A DNA stretch of 31,603 nucleotides from Emiliania huxleyi CCMP1516 (Eukaryota), in NCBI RefSeq assembly GCF_000372725.1, contig NW_005201851.1, forward strand, positions 467,179-498,781. The letters are read 5' to 3'. Both the position numbers and the translations under genes were made by a program. The notes beneath the pieces are model-generated. The model ran no database searches. It worked only from the letters and a program-made list of their open reading frames with translations, and was not told where the DNA came from. The number at the start of each line of letters is the position of its first letter. Within the stretch, counting starts at the first letter, position 1. Positions 19,401 through 30,172 of the stretch are shown here, piece after piece.

Positions 19401-22400
19401 CCGTGCAGGTCGGTGAGTACCTGGCGGCGGAGGGAGAAGCGACCGACGTGCTGGAGCGAGTCGTGAGCGGTGTGTGGAGCTCGCAACAGCGGGGCGGCGG
19501 CCGGGGAGCGGTTGCAGGGGAGCGGCGGCCGCCTCATGCGCATCCGCGAGCCGGCCGAGGTTGAGCGAGTCCTTGAAGGCCACGACGTGAAGCCCGGCGT
19601 AGGCCTGCGCATGAGAGGCGAGGGGGTGAGGGGGGGAAAGGGGGGAGGGGGGGGGGGGGGGGGTTAACGGGGTCGGAGGGGCCGGGAGGGGCGGCGGGGC
19701 AAGCCTCGCCTTTGGGGCCCGCTCCTCGATCACTCGCAGCTCGAGCGCGCGCTTCGCAAAGGGGAGGGCGGCGTCCGCCTGCCCCGCGGCATCGAAGCTG
19801 CTGCGCACCGCCGCGAGGTACTCGTACCGAGCCCACTCGTCCCGCTCGGCTGCAGACTCGAGCGGCGCCTGGCCGGAGGGGCAATCGCGGCTCGAGCTCG
19901 TGCCACTCTCGTGCGAATCTCGGGCCGATCTCGGGCCGATCTCGAGCGGATCTCGAGCGGCGCCTCGGTGGAGAGAGGCGGCACCCCGACTGCGCGATTG
20001 AGCTCGCGCAGCGACGAAGTGCGGCTCGCCTCCGCGCCTCGCATCGCGCCCTCGAAGGCGCGCGCCGCGGCCGCGTAGCGCCCCTCACGCAGCAGCGTCT
20101 CGCCGCCGAGGTAGACGTGGAGCGGCGAGCCGGCGGCGGTGGGCGGCCCGGCCGGCGCCGCCCCGCCGGCCGGCGCCGTGTGGCCGGGCGGCGCGCCGAG
20201 GCGGCGGAGGTAGGCGGCGAGGGGCGCCCAGCAGCTCGCGCGCGCGAGGAGGAGGGAGAGGGCGGCGGGCACCTCCGCCCGCAGCGGGCCCGTGTCTCCC
20301 TCGGCGATCCGCACGTCGTTGAGGACGAAGACGAGGAGAGCGCATGCGGCGACGGTGCAGGCGTCGCCGATCGGCGTCACGTGGTCGCCGACGACGCGGT
20401 CGAGCTGGCCGGGGAGGGCGGCGGCGCGAATGGCAACCTCGAGCAAGCTCCGGCCCTGCCGCGAGGAGGAAGGGTTTGGGAGGGGGCGGCATGGGGGGAG
20501 AGAGGGAAGGGCATGTGTGTGCGTGAGGAAGGTTTTGTCAGTGGGCGACACGGTCTGGCGGGGAAGTGGCGGGGTGATGGCGCGGCCAAAGGAGCGCGCG
20601 CCTGCTCGTGCATCAAGTGCGCCGGCTCCGACTCGGCCAGCCACCCGAGCAGCTCGTGCGCGCAGGCGAGCCTCGCCTATCGCACGCGTACGGCACACGT
20701 CCACGACACGTCCCGCCACCCGGGCGGCGCGTGCGTGCAGCCCAGCTCCGCCGTGCGGACCGCGAGGCCGGCGGGGGAGGCGGGGTCCCCGCCGGCTGCC
20801 TGGTCGCCGCCGGCCGCCAGCAGGCCCGCCGTGTCGCCGCCCCCGTCGACGCCCTCGTGCAGCAGCAGCAGCAGCAAGTGCACGCAGAGCAGCGAGCCGC
20901 GCTCTGCCAGCCGCGCCGCGCTCGCCGCGACAGCGTGCGCGACCGCGCGGCGCGAGTCGGCGGCGGCAGCGACGGCGGCGCCGGTGGCGTCGCCCGCCCG
21001 CCACCCGGGCGCGCTCCAGAGCTGGCCGAACCACGCTTGCGCGATCAGCTCCGGGTCGATGAAGTCCCAATCGTTGAGCGACGTCCAGCGCAGCTGAGTG
21101 AGCGAGCTGAGCAGCGCCGCCGCCGTCGGCAGCAGCGGCGGCTGAGGCTCAGCCGCCGCGATGGAGCCGGCGATCGCGCCCGCGGGCGCCCGCGCGAGGG
21201 CGCAGCGCGCCGCCTCGATCAGCGCCGCGGTGGGGGGCACGCCAGGGTGCGGGCTCTGGCACAGCGCCTCGACGCCGTCGCCGACGCCGCAGTCGACGCC
21301 GACGTCGAGGAGGAGGTCAAGGAGGTCTCTGCAGGAGGCGATCTCGCGCGGGTCGCCCTCGGGCAGCGCGAGGAGGAGGGTCAGCCCCGAGCGGGAGAGG
21401 AGCGCGAGCGGCGCGCCCGCCACCTCGGGGCAGAGAGGCTGCAGCCCGAGGATCTCGGCCTGCTCGCGCTTGCGCTGCACGCACGTGTCGAGCAACTGCT
21501 CGGCTGTGCGTCGAGGGGCGGAAGAGAGGCTTGGCAAGGAAGAGAGGCTTTGCCTCGTGCGAGGAGGGGCGAGGGTAGCGAGGGGTAGCGAGGGGTGCGG
21601 GGCGAGGGGCCTCGTACATTGGAGGGGCGAGGGGCGAGGGGCGAGGGGCGAGGGGCGAGAAGCGAGGGGCGAGGGTGGTGAGGGGCGAGGGGCGAGGGGC
21701 GAGGGGCGAGAAGCGAGGGGCGAGGGTGGTGAGGGGCGAGGGGCGAGGGTGGTGAGGGGCAGGGGTGAGGGGCGAGGGTGGTGAGGGGCGAGGGGCGAGG
21801 GTGGTGAGGGGCGAGGGTGGTGAGGGGCAGGGGCGAGGGGCGAGGGGCGAGGGTGGTGAGGGGCGGGGGGCCGAGCCTCACCCAACACTAGCTCAGACTC
21901 TTCGCGGGGCGGCGGTGGCCGCCCAGCCGCAGCCGCCAGCGCGGCCGAGCTCGCCTCGAGCTCGTCCAGCCGGCGCTCCACACCTACGGGGCACGCGTCC
22001 TGCACGCGTCACGCGACTCGCGCGCGGCAGCGGCTGCGGCTGCCGCTCCATGGCCTTCAGCGATTCGAAGCGAGAGCGGCGGAGGAGGGCCGCCGGAGGG
22101 GCGCGGAGGTGGGAGGAGTGCGGAGGCGGCGGCGTCGAGCTGCCGCGGCGTGAAGCGGAACGGGTGCGCCAGCTGCCGGAGCAGCCGCTGCGTCACTGAA
22201 CTGAGCGGCGCGCTCACGGCGGCGGCACCGTCGAGCCGCAGCGGCGGCGCGGGGTGTGCGTCGCAGAGCAGCCTCGCGCGGCACCAATCGCCGGGAGGCG
22301 CCGCCTCGGCGAGCGGGACGCAGGCGTAGAAGAGCGACGGCGGCTGCTCCGGCCCCTCCGCGCTCGGCGGCACCCCTCCGTACAGCGCGCACAGGGCGAG

Positions 22401-23662
22401 GGACGCCCCTCCGGGACTGTCGCGCGCCAGGGCGAGCCGGAGCAGCCGCGCGCGGGCGGGGGCGGCGTCGGGGCGACGGCACTCCCTCCAGTTCATCGCG
22501 GCGAACGCCTCGGCGGCGAGGCGCTGCTCCTCGTCTCCCAGCGCCTATCCAGGGCACGCGCTGTGAAGCGACGGGGACGGAGGCGCCGCTTCTCCGCGCG
22601 CTGTCTGCTCACCGCACGGACAGACACAAAGATGGAAGGGTGCTGCGGGCTCGCAACCGCGACGGCGACGCCGTCCTCGCCCCGCCACGTGGCGAGTGCC
22701 GCGCCCGCCGCGCCCGCGCCCGCCGAACCGCCTTGCAGCTGCGGCGGCGCCTGCAGGCTGACTGCGGTGGCGGCCGGCGCCTCGCCGCCCGTGCGCGCGC
22801 CCTGAAGCCGCCAGCAGCCGAGGCGGCCGTCGGTGTAGAGCGCGATGGCGGAGGGGGAGTCGGCGTCGTCGGCGGCGGCCGCGGCGGGAGCGCCGACGAG
22901 GGCGACGTCCACCAGCGGCGCCCCCGACCCCGCGCCGCCTCCGCCGCCGCCAAAGATGGAGTAGATGCGCGAGCGGCTTGCCGAGAGAGGCACCTCCTCC
23001 GTCTCGATCTCGCCCGCGCCGAAGGAGGTGCGCGCCTCGAGGGCGGAGAGGCGGTCTCCCTCGCCGCCGAGGACGAGCAGCTGCCGCACCAGCCCGTCGC
23101 CCCCCTCGCGCGCCGCGTCGAACCGAGCGAGACGCAGCCGGCCGAGCTTTGCGCCCGCCACTTGGTCTGCGTACCCGTGCTTGGTCAGCACGTCCGAGGG
23201 CGGGGCGGAGAGCCAGAAGGCGCGGCCGGCGGCGGCGGGCCCGCCCGCGCACGCGAACCGGAGCTGGAAGAGGTAGCCGCCGCCCGCCGGCGCGTGCGTC
23301 ACCGCCGAGAGCAGGAGCGAGTCGTCGCCCAGCTGCGTGAGGCTCACCTCGGGCACGAGCGGCGCCGGGAAGCGGAGCGCGAGCTCGGCCTGGTCGGGCG
23401 CGAGGCCGGGACCGGAGGCGCGGCCGGGCTCCCGCACCAGGCTCGCCTCGCTTAGCTCCAGCTGAGCGCCCTGCACGCGCCAGGACACAACGTGCCCCTG
23501 CTGCCGGCCGCGCGCCACGTAGACGCCGCCCGCCGCGCCGGCGCCGGCGCCGGTGTCGATGGCGCCCGAGCCCTCGAGGACGGGCTGCACGGCGATCGAC
23601 GACTCGGGCCCGAAGTTGGCGAGCGGCACCTGAGTGAGCGGAGCGAGACCCTCTGTTGCCAT
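16474..23662 (-). CDS. NUP160: Nucleoporin Nup160/Nup120, spliced and spanning the gap. Inferred introns: 22545-22615 (or -22612), 21984-22054, 21504-21881, 20677-20751, 20456-20601, 19869-19963, 19605-19709, 19421-19532, plus one or more across the gap ending at 18213
   Basis: N-terminal VVSWRVQGAQLELSEASL...LALRFPAPL resembles the Nup160 beta-propeller start. C-terminal YELLYALQLQYGDYGGAARSMFELSARL...ALSGCIVALEQRPPEARYVL, LPSWLVAYF and NPAALCRALL resemble conserved Nup160 blocks. Confidence 0.8.
18252..19207. other. Assembly gap (956 N)
   Basis: Run of N. Confidence 1.
21565..21870. repeat. (GAGGGGC)n / GAGGGTGGT compound G-rich repeat in NUP160 intron 21504-21881
   Basis: Directly visible. 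Confidence 0.9.
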
Positions 23663-23728
23663 GTCCGCGCGCGCCTGGTTTGTTTCTTTTTGTTTGCTTT
23701 CGTGATCCTTTGCAGTGACGATGCCGCG
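23663..23728. promoter_or_regulatory. Putative compact bidirectional promoter/5' UTR region between NUP160 and the NFKBIL1-like gene
   Basis: Only 66 nt between the divergent candidate ATGs, with a T-rich tract in a GC-rich context. Confidence 0.45.
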
Positions 23729-24757
23729 ATGTTCAGGGCGAAGCGGCAGTCTGCGGCGAAAGAGGTGCCACAGTGGAGGCGCGACCTTGAATCCTCCCCG
23801 GCTCGCGATAAAGCAAACCCCGAGGAGTACCGCAGCCGGAGCCGGAGCCGGAGCCGCAGCCGCAGCAGTTTCAGCCGCAGCCGCAGCCGCAGCCGCAGTG
23901 AAGGCGCCGCCGCCGACGACGACGACGATGACGTCGATCTGAGCAGGTATGACGTCGGCGCGGTGGCGTGCGATGCTTGCCGCACTGACCCGTGCATTTG
24001 CGGGCTGACACAGCCTGCAGATGCCGCTGCCGCGCCAGATGAAGGGTGGGGCCCTGGCGATGAGTTTCCCACCTTCGAGGCGATGGAGCAGGCCGAAATC
24101 GACGCATTGAAGCTGCCGTCGGCGCCGACATCCAGGATGGCCGTGGCTGCTGCTCGAAGCTGCATGGCAACGCTGGCTCAAGAGATGGAGCGAAGATCGC
24201 AGCGCGAGGTGGCGCGGCAGGTGCTACTAGCTCGGCAGGCAGAGGCTGCCAGTCTAGCGAGAGCGGCGGCGAGCGCGGCGGCGGCTGCGACGGCCAGTCC
24301 GAGCTCGAGCGGCGCCGCTGCAGAGGTGGCACACGCGAGCAGCGGCGCAGCGGGTGCAGACGTGGCGGCGCGCGCTTCCGTGGAGGCTGCGCGCGACCGC
24401 TACGCAAAAGGTTGGGCCTCTCTCAGCGCGTGGGATGAGACCGTGGCGGTCGGCCCGGCAGTGCCGACGCGCAAGCTGGGCTTCGCCGAGATTCCGTGGC
24501 CCGTCCTCGCGGCTCCCGCTGGTGGCGCGGGGCCCCTCCGCCTGATCCTCGACGATTTGCGCCAGCTCATTGTCCCCGCCGACGCCGCCGGCTCTGCGGC
24601 GGCTCGACGCTCCGTGCAGGACGAGCTGCGACGGTGGCACCCGGACAAGTTCGTCGCTCGTTTCGGCGGCGTTCTGCTTGCGTCCGAGAAGGACGCTGTG
24701 CTGGAGGGCGTGAACCTTACCTCGCAGTGCTTGACCGAGCTGCTCTCGCAGCTGTGA
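23729..24757 (+). CDS. NFKBIL1 (IkBL)-like protein with RS repeat and C-terminal RWHPDKF domain; intronless
   Basis: RSRSRS tract; LGFAEIPWPV...ELRRWHPDKFVARFG...VLEGVNLTSQCL matches the conserved C-terminal motif of NFKBIL1-type proteins. Confidence 0.7.
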   Translation: MFRAKRQSAAKEVPQWRRDLESSPARDKANPEEYRSRSRSRSRSRSSFSRSRSRSRSEGAAADDDDDDVDLSRYDVGAVACDACRTDPCICGLTQPADAAAAPDEGWGPGDEFPTFEAMEQAEIDALKLPSAPTSRMAVAAARSCMATLAQEMERRSQREVARQVLLARQAEAASLARAAASAAAAATASPSSSGAAAEVAHASSGAAGADVAARASVEAARDRYAKGWASLSAWDETVAVGPAVPTRKLGFAEIPWPVLAAPAGGAGPLRLILDDLRQLIVPADAAGSAAARRSVQDELRRWHPDKFVARFGGVLLASEKDAVLEGVNLTSQCLTELLSQL

Positions 24758-25407
24758 CTCGTCGGGTGGGCTGGTGTGTCTCAGCAGGTGGTGAGGAGAG
24801 AGAGCGCAGCGGTTGTAAGTTATCGTCAAAGGTTTTGCGAAAAGCTTGCTTGCTGTGAGCGATATTTTTTGTCCGTTCGATTCCTAGTTCGATTCTCCGT
24901 TCGCATAAGGCATATCGCGCAACCGCAAGCCGCAACGGGAACGGGCGGAACCGGCAACGCCAACGGCCAACGCCCGCGGCCTCGTCGTGCTGCGAGAGGC
25001 CTCAGACGTCAGAAAGCCCAGGCGAATACCACAAACTCATATACCAATACACAAACTCATACCAGAACAGGAACGCACGAAAAAAGAGATACATACCAGA
25101 GCACGAGAGAAGAGACCAGGCGGGTCAGGCCTGACTCTTGAGCCCAACAGCAAGAGTCAGAGCAGACAGGCGCCTTTCGGCGCGCTGCCCGCCCTCAAAC
25201 CTCCATGCGCTAGAGGCAACAAAACTGGCCGCACCACCCCGCCACTCTCGGCTCCGCGCGCAGCGCGTCGCCATCGGGGTCGGGGAGGGGGGTGGGGGAG
25301 GGGGAGGTTACATGCATCCCCGCAGGGTTGCGCCGCCCGCCGGCGGCGCTCTCTACACAAACGATCCTCTGCTCCGCGCGATAGAGCATGAAGAACAAGC
25401 CGCCGAT

Positions 25408-26608
25408 TCAGCGGCGTCGGCCCCGCACGGCGCCCCCGGCCGCCGGCAGCGCCCTCGGCGCCTCGACGGCGGCGCGGCACTCGGCGACGAGCCCGCTGGT
25501 GATTGCGAGGAAGTTGGTCAGCATCTCGTACCTCCGCCGGCGAGAGAGGCGGAGGAGGGCGGCGGCGCGCCTGCGGGGAGGGCTCGTGGGCGGTTCGTGG
25601 ACGGCCTCCGCTGCCGAGCACCGCGACGGGAGGAGCGGAGGGGGTGGAGGGAGGGAACGGAGAGAGGAAGGCGAACGAGGGGGGGGGAGTCGCGGACAGG
25701 GGGAGGGGAGAGGGAGGGGAGAGGGAGGGGAGAGGGAGGGGAGAGGGAGGGGAGAGGGAGGGGAGAGGGAGGGGAGAGGGAGGGGAGAGGGGGAGGGCGG
25801 CCGCGCGCCACGAAGCGAGCACGCCGGCGGCGAGCAGCAGCTGCGCGGAGATGCGGTGTGCGAGGGCGGGCCGCCGCCGCACCGCCTCGGAGATGAGCGC
25901 GACGAAGCACGGGATCACCGAGCGCAGCGCCTCGCGTAGCTCTGCGTACCGCGCCGCGCAGCTCTCGCGCCCGTGCACGAGGACGCACTCGTCGAAGGCG
26001 CCCTGCGGCTGCTGCGGGTCGAGCGTCTTGAGGTGCCACTGGATGAGCGGGTCGCGCGGCTTGAGCGAGCGCGCCAGCTGCCCCTGCACCTGCTGCACCG
26101 CCTCGGTGAGCACCTCGGCCGCCGTCCAGGGCTCTGCGGCGAGCCGCTCGGCGCCCCTCTCCCACCGACCCTCGAGCGAGCGGACGAAGCGCTGCAGCTG
26201 CCCCTCCGCGTCCATCCAGACCAGCTCCCGGATGATCCGGTGCCGCCGCGCCACCTGCTCGCGCGAGGGCGCCCAGTACCTCGCCACCTGCCGCTGCGGC
26301 GCAGCGCCCGCCGCCGCCGCCGGCGGGCCGTCGCGCACACGCCGCCGCGTGAGCGCGACGGCGAGGATGTCGGCGACGCCGTCCGAAAGGCCGCGACGCA
26401 CCCACGCCGCCGCCCGCTGCAGCCGCCTGCGCTTGGACTGAGGGAGAGCGTCCTCTTGCGGAAGTCGCGCGAGCGGCGCCGCGTGCGGCGGGTCGGAGCG
26501 GAGGAAGGGCGGCGCCGAGCGGGCGACCGGGGGCGCGGAGGAGCACGCGAGCCCCGGGCGGGTGCCGAGAAGCGCAGTGGGTGAGGCGGCCGCAAAAAGG
26601 AGCAGCAT
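25408..26608 (-). CDS. Hypothetical protein with signal/transit-like N-terminus; intron 25571-25808
   Basis: MLLLFAAASPTALLG..; long open frame; a GC-AG intron filled with GAGGGAGGGGA repeats joins ASW|RAAALLRLSRRRRYEMLTNFLAITSGL to TGA at 25408-25410. Confidence 0.6.
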
Positions 26609-26897
26609 ACACACCGAGATTGATGGCGCGTGAGCTCCCTCCGGGGATTGGATAAGTCATCACGCACCCGGGAGGAGTAATTTCTTTTGGCTACTTCGCG
26701 GAGGCTGTCCAGATACAGGGGAAATTTGCAGCAGGCCTCAAATACTGGGACACTAAAGATTTCCCTGTGAGATATGGCGCAGTAATAATACTTCAATACT
26801 CCGAGCTGGTACCGCAGATACTTCGATCGATACACGATACTCGTGTTGACGCACCCGCTGAGTATCACAGTACTCGATCCACGCCGGCGAAGTAACC

Positions 26898-27046
26898 CAG
26901 TATCACAGAGCTAAATGCCAAGTAATAATACTGCAACTGGGCGCTACTTGGTCCTCCAGGAGTATCCCAGTATCCGCATCAGAGATGGCCAGTATCCAGC
27001 AGTATCCCGCAGTATCCTGCAGTATCATGCAGTATCCCAGTATCCG
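26898..27046. repeat. Degenerate 10-nt tandem repeat (CAGTATCCxG)
   Basis: Directly visible, intergenic. Confidence 0.75.
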
Positions 27047-27532
27047 GGGTCGGCCCTCGAGCGATGCATTGCGCTGCGGCCGCAGTCGCACGTCCAGCAG
27101 CGGGATGCGAGGCAGCAGCTAGGTGGGGAGGAATTGAGCCAATTGAGCAGCGTGCGCAAGCGAAGACTGCCGTAAAGTGTGTGCCCGCGCCCTGCCGGCG
27201 CAATGGTGTAAACGCGTGTGCAAGGGCTGGCGGGGTGGGGAAGGCGGCAACGGCACAAGGTGGGCGAAGACGGCTGAGGCGCCAGTGCTGTGGAACTGAG
27301 GGAGAGTGTCGTGGCAGTGCACTGGTGCTGGTGCTGTGTGGGGAGGAAGACTCACATCGGGGAGGCGTCACGGCCGCGAACATTGAGCGCAGCAAGGTGG
27401 TCACGTCCTGCGGCGCACGCACAGGAATCATAGTACACGGCCCCAATCGGCCGCACACCGCCACACAGCAGGCTCTGGTAACCGGCGCTCCTCTTTGCTT
27501 GGCGCCGGACCGTCTCGAGTGAACCCACCGGT

Positions 27533-29366
27533 GTGGGCGCCGCCGCTGCGCCACCACCCTCACCGCCACTACCGAGCCCGCCGCCTCCGTTGCTGCCACC
27601 GCCGTCGCTGCCGCCTCCATTGGCACCCCCGCCTTCGTCCCCGCCCCCGTCGTTGCCGCCTCCGTCACCGCCGCCTCCCTTGCCGCCCCCACCATCGCCG
27701 CCGCCGCCTAGCACTCCACCGTCCCTCCCTCCTCTTCCGCCCGTGCTGCTCCCTTCGCCCTTCCCACCTGCGCCGCCGGGTGCCACGTTCGTCCAGGCAG
27801 CATCCATGGTCTTGGGCCTCTTGGACGCCGTGCGTGCCCTTCGGCGCGGGCGTTCCCTCTTTGGCACTGCGCAAGTGCACCCCACCACAGACCAGGAGCT
27901 TGAGAGCGTGAGAGAGGCAGTCCATGCATGCCTCGCCACCGAGAGCGTCACTGTGCTGCTGAGCGACATCGCCGTTGTGGCTGGTGCGACGGCTCGAGAC
28001 GACATCAACGTCACCATCTTCGAGCAAGACGCAGGACCATCGCTCGCGAGCGTGGTGTCCGCAACCAGCTCTTCAGTCTTCCTCGCCTGCCTAGAGAGCA
28101 CGCTAGGCACAGCGGTCCGCTTCTTGGAGCAACCGACCATCAGGTACTTCTTGAGAGGCGCCCCCCCTCCCTCACCGCCGCCCCTCCCTCCCACCCCCCC
28201 TCCCTTCTCCCCGCCGCCATCCCCGCCGCCATTTTCGCCGCCACCATCGCCGAGTCCGGAGCCGCCGCCACCGCCGCCGTCGCCGCCCCTCCCGCCGTCG
28301 CCGCCGATGCCGCCGCCCGACCCGCCGCAACCGCCCAATCCGCCGGCACCGCCCCCCTTTTTGCCCTCGCCGCCCTCGCCGCCGCCCCTCAGACCCGGCG
28401 GACTCACCGGCGACCCGCATCTCCACTTTGCGCACGGTGGCGAGGCCGACTTTAGAGGCGAGGACGGAGCCATCTACGCTATGCTTCACCACTCCAAGTT
28501 CGCCGTCAACGCGCTGTTCGAGGCGGTCGCCTTCATGCTCGAGGAGCACGGCCTCAAGGTGCGCGGCACATTTGTGACCGACGTCTTTCTTCGCATCAAT
28601 ACGGCGATCACCCACCGCACCCTCCGCATCGAGTTCACGCCAAATGCGCCCCCAACACCTCTTGTGCACGGTCTCGGCGACGGTAGCAAGAAAGTGATTG
28701 CGGGCGAGCCACCGATCGTCGTTGAGGACGTCGTGATATCGGTGTCGAGCCGCGGCACGTCGCGCTCCGTGTTTGGGGCCACAGCCAGCGAGGAGATTTT
28801 GCAGGTAGTCTCCGCGGACTGGGCCATCAACGCAACCGCGCGGCTCATATGGCAGTCGACCATGCCTGGAAAGAAGCAGGTCGACCTCACCTTCGTCCCG
28901 TTGCGCGACCCGCTCGCGCCAAACCCCAGGACGGGCAAGGTTGTGGCGCCACATGGACTAGTTGGTCAGTCGTTCGATGGAGACAACATTGCGGTCTTTG
29001 GCAACAAGGACCACTGTGCGCTCCCCCCCCCCCTCGGGCCCGGGCTCCTCAGCCCATTCCTTGGGCACGAATCTGAGCACCTCCTCCTCCCCAGATCGCG
29101 AGCTGTGGTGGCGGCAGAGCTCCTTCAAGGGCAAGGAGATCACGACCGAGGCGCAGGCCGAGGGTGCCATCGAGGGCTCTGGCGATGACTACAAGGTGGC
29201 CGACTTTTTCTCGACCGACTTCAAGTACCGGCGCTTTGGGGTTGTTGAGGCGGCGCCGCGCAGCGTCTCGGTGCTGGGCGGCGCCCAGCGCCTCGCACGG
29301 GGCAATCACTGGAGCGTGAGCAAGGCGGGTACTTCAGGCGACGACGTGCCCGCAGAGATGAGATGA
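27533..29366 (+). CDS. Pro-rich protein with C-terminal GDPH-initiated VWD-like domain; intron 29016-29094; true 5' end not identified
   Basis: Two SPPP-rich blocks, then GDPHLHFAHGGEADFRG...HGLVGQSFDGD..GNKDH|YRELWW...AEGAIEGSGDDYKV..FSTDFKYRRF. The exon junction is confirmed by the contiguous DHYRELWW in the adjacent paralog. No in-frame ATG before the first Pro block (TAA at 27479). Confidence 0.7.
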
Positions 29367-29408
29367 GCCAGCGACACTTCGATGCCAGGTTTTGCCGCGA
29401 GCTCTCGC

Positions 29409-29790
29409 GGGGGGGGAACCGCCGACGCCGCTCATCCAATCCGAAACGGGCAGCGCGCGGCACATAGCGCCGGGTAAGACGCTCTCACTGGATGGCGTCT
29501 CCATCGCCGTGTCTGAACGCGACCGTGCGCCTGATCCGCCGCTCGGCCACGCCGGGCAAGAGGCAGATCGATCTCGCCTGTGCCCCGCTGCGGGACCCGC
29601 TCGCACCGCTGCCCAGGACGGGGAGGGTGGTTGCGCCGTCTTTCGACGGAGATGGGGTCGCGGTGGACGGCAGGATGGACCACTACCGCGAGCTGTGGTG
29701 GCGGCAGACCTCCTTCAAGGCCAAGGAGATCACAACTGAGGCGCAGGCGGAGGGCGCCATCGAGGGCTCGGGCGATGACTATAAGGTTGT
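29409..29790 (+). pseudogene. Degenerate fragment of a paralog of the upstream GDPH/VWD-like gene
   Basis: PPTPLI..VSIAVS, then a frameshift/deletion, then NATVRLI..PGKRQIDL..PLRDPLAP.PRTGRVVAP[HGLVGQ missing]SFDGD..DHYRELWWRQTSFKAKEITTEAQAEGAIEGSGDDYKV, ending in a poly-G tract. Confidence 0.8.
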
Positions 29791-30172
29791 TGGGGGGGGC
29801 GGGGGGGGGGGGGGGGGTAAGCGCTCTCACGCCCCTCAGCCTCTGCCCGTCTGCCCGCCTCGCTGGCTCGCCCGCTCCTCGATTTTTACGACGCCCAGCT
29901 AATCTGAGTAATCTCAAATAATAAATAAATAAATAAAAACGGACACCTCTACTGTGAGATGGGTAAAAAGGAGAACAGGTCCCCGCCCTTGCGATCTTTG
30001 TGCAGGGTGGTCGGCGACTAGCCCAGTGCGGTACAGGTGGTACAACGTCTCAGATTCCTAGAAGGGAGCTGACGCCGAAGCGCCGCCACCTTGAGCAGTG
30101 TACATGTTACACCCCCTGCGTCGCGCTGCACGTCCCATGCTGCGCGGATCGAGCGGTGCGCGGATCGAGGCG

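Noticed and set aside
16134..19564. Long ORFs crossing the N run
   Set aside because: Artifacts of translating through the gap; only the minus-strand NUP160 exons are supported.
24630..24655. HPD motif suggesting a DnaJ co-chaperone
   Set aside because: The context (IPWP...RWHPDKF at the C-terminus, no J-domain helix I pattern) fits NFKBIL1-type proteins better.
27064..27522. Possible 5' exons of the GDPH/VWD-like gene
   Set aside because: No convincing start, signal peptide or splice path into the 27533 frame could be built.
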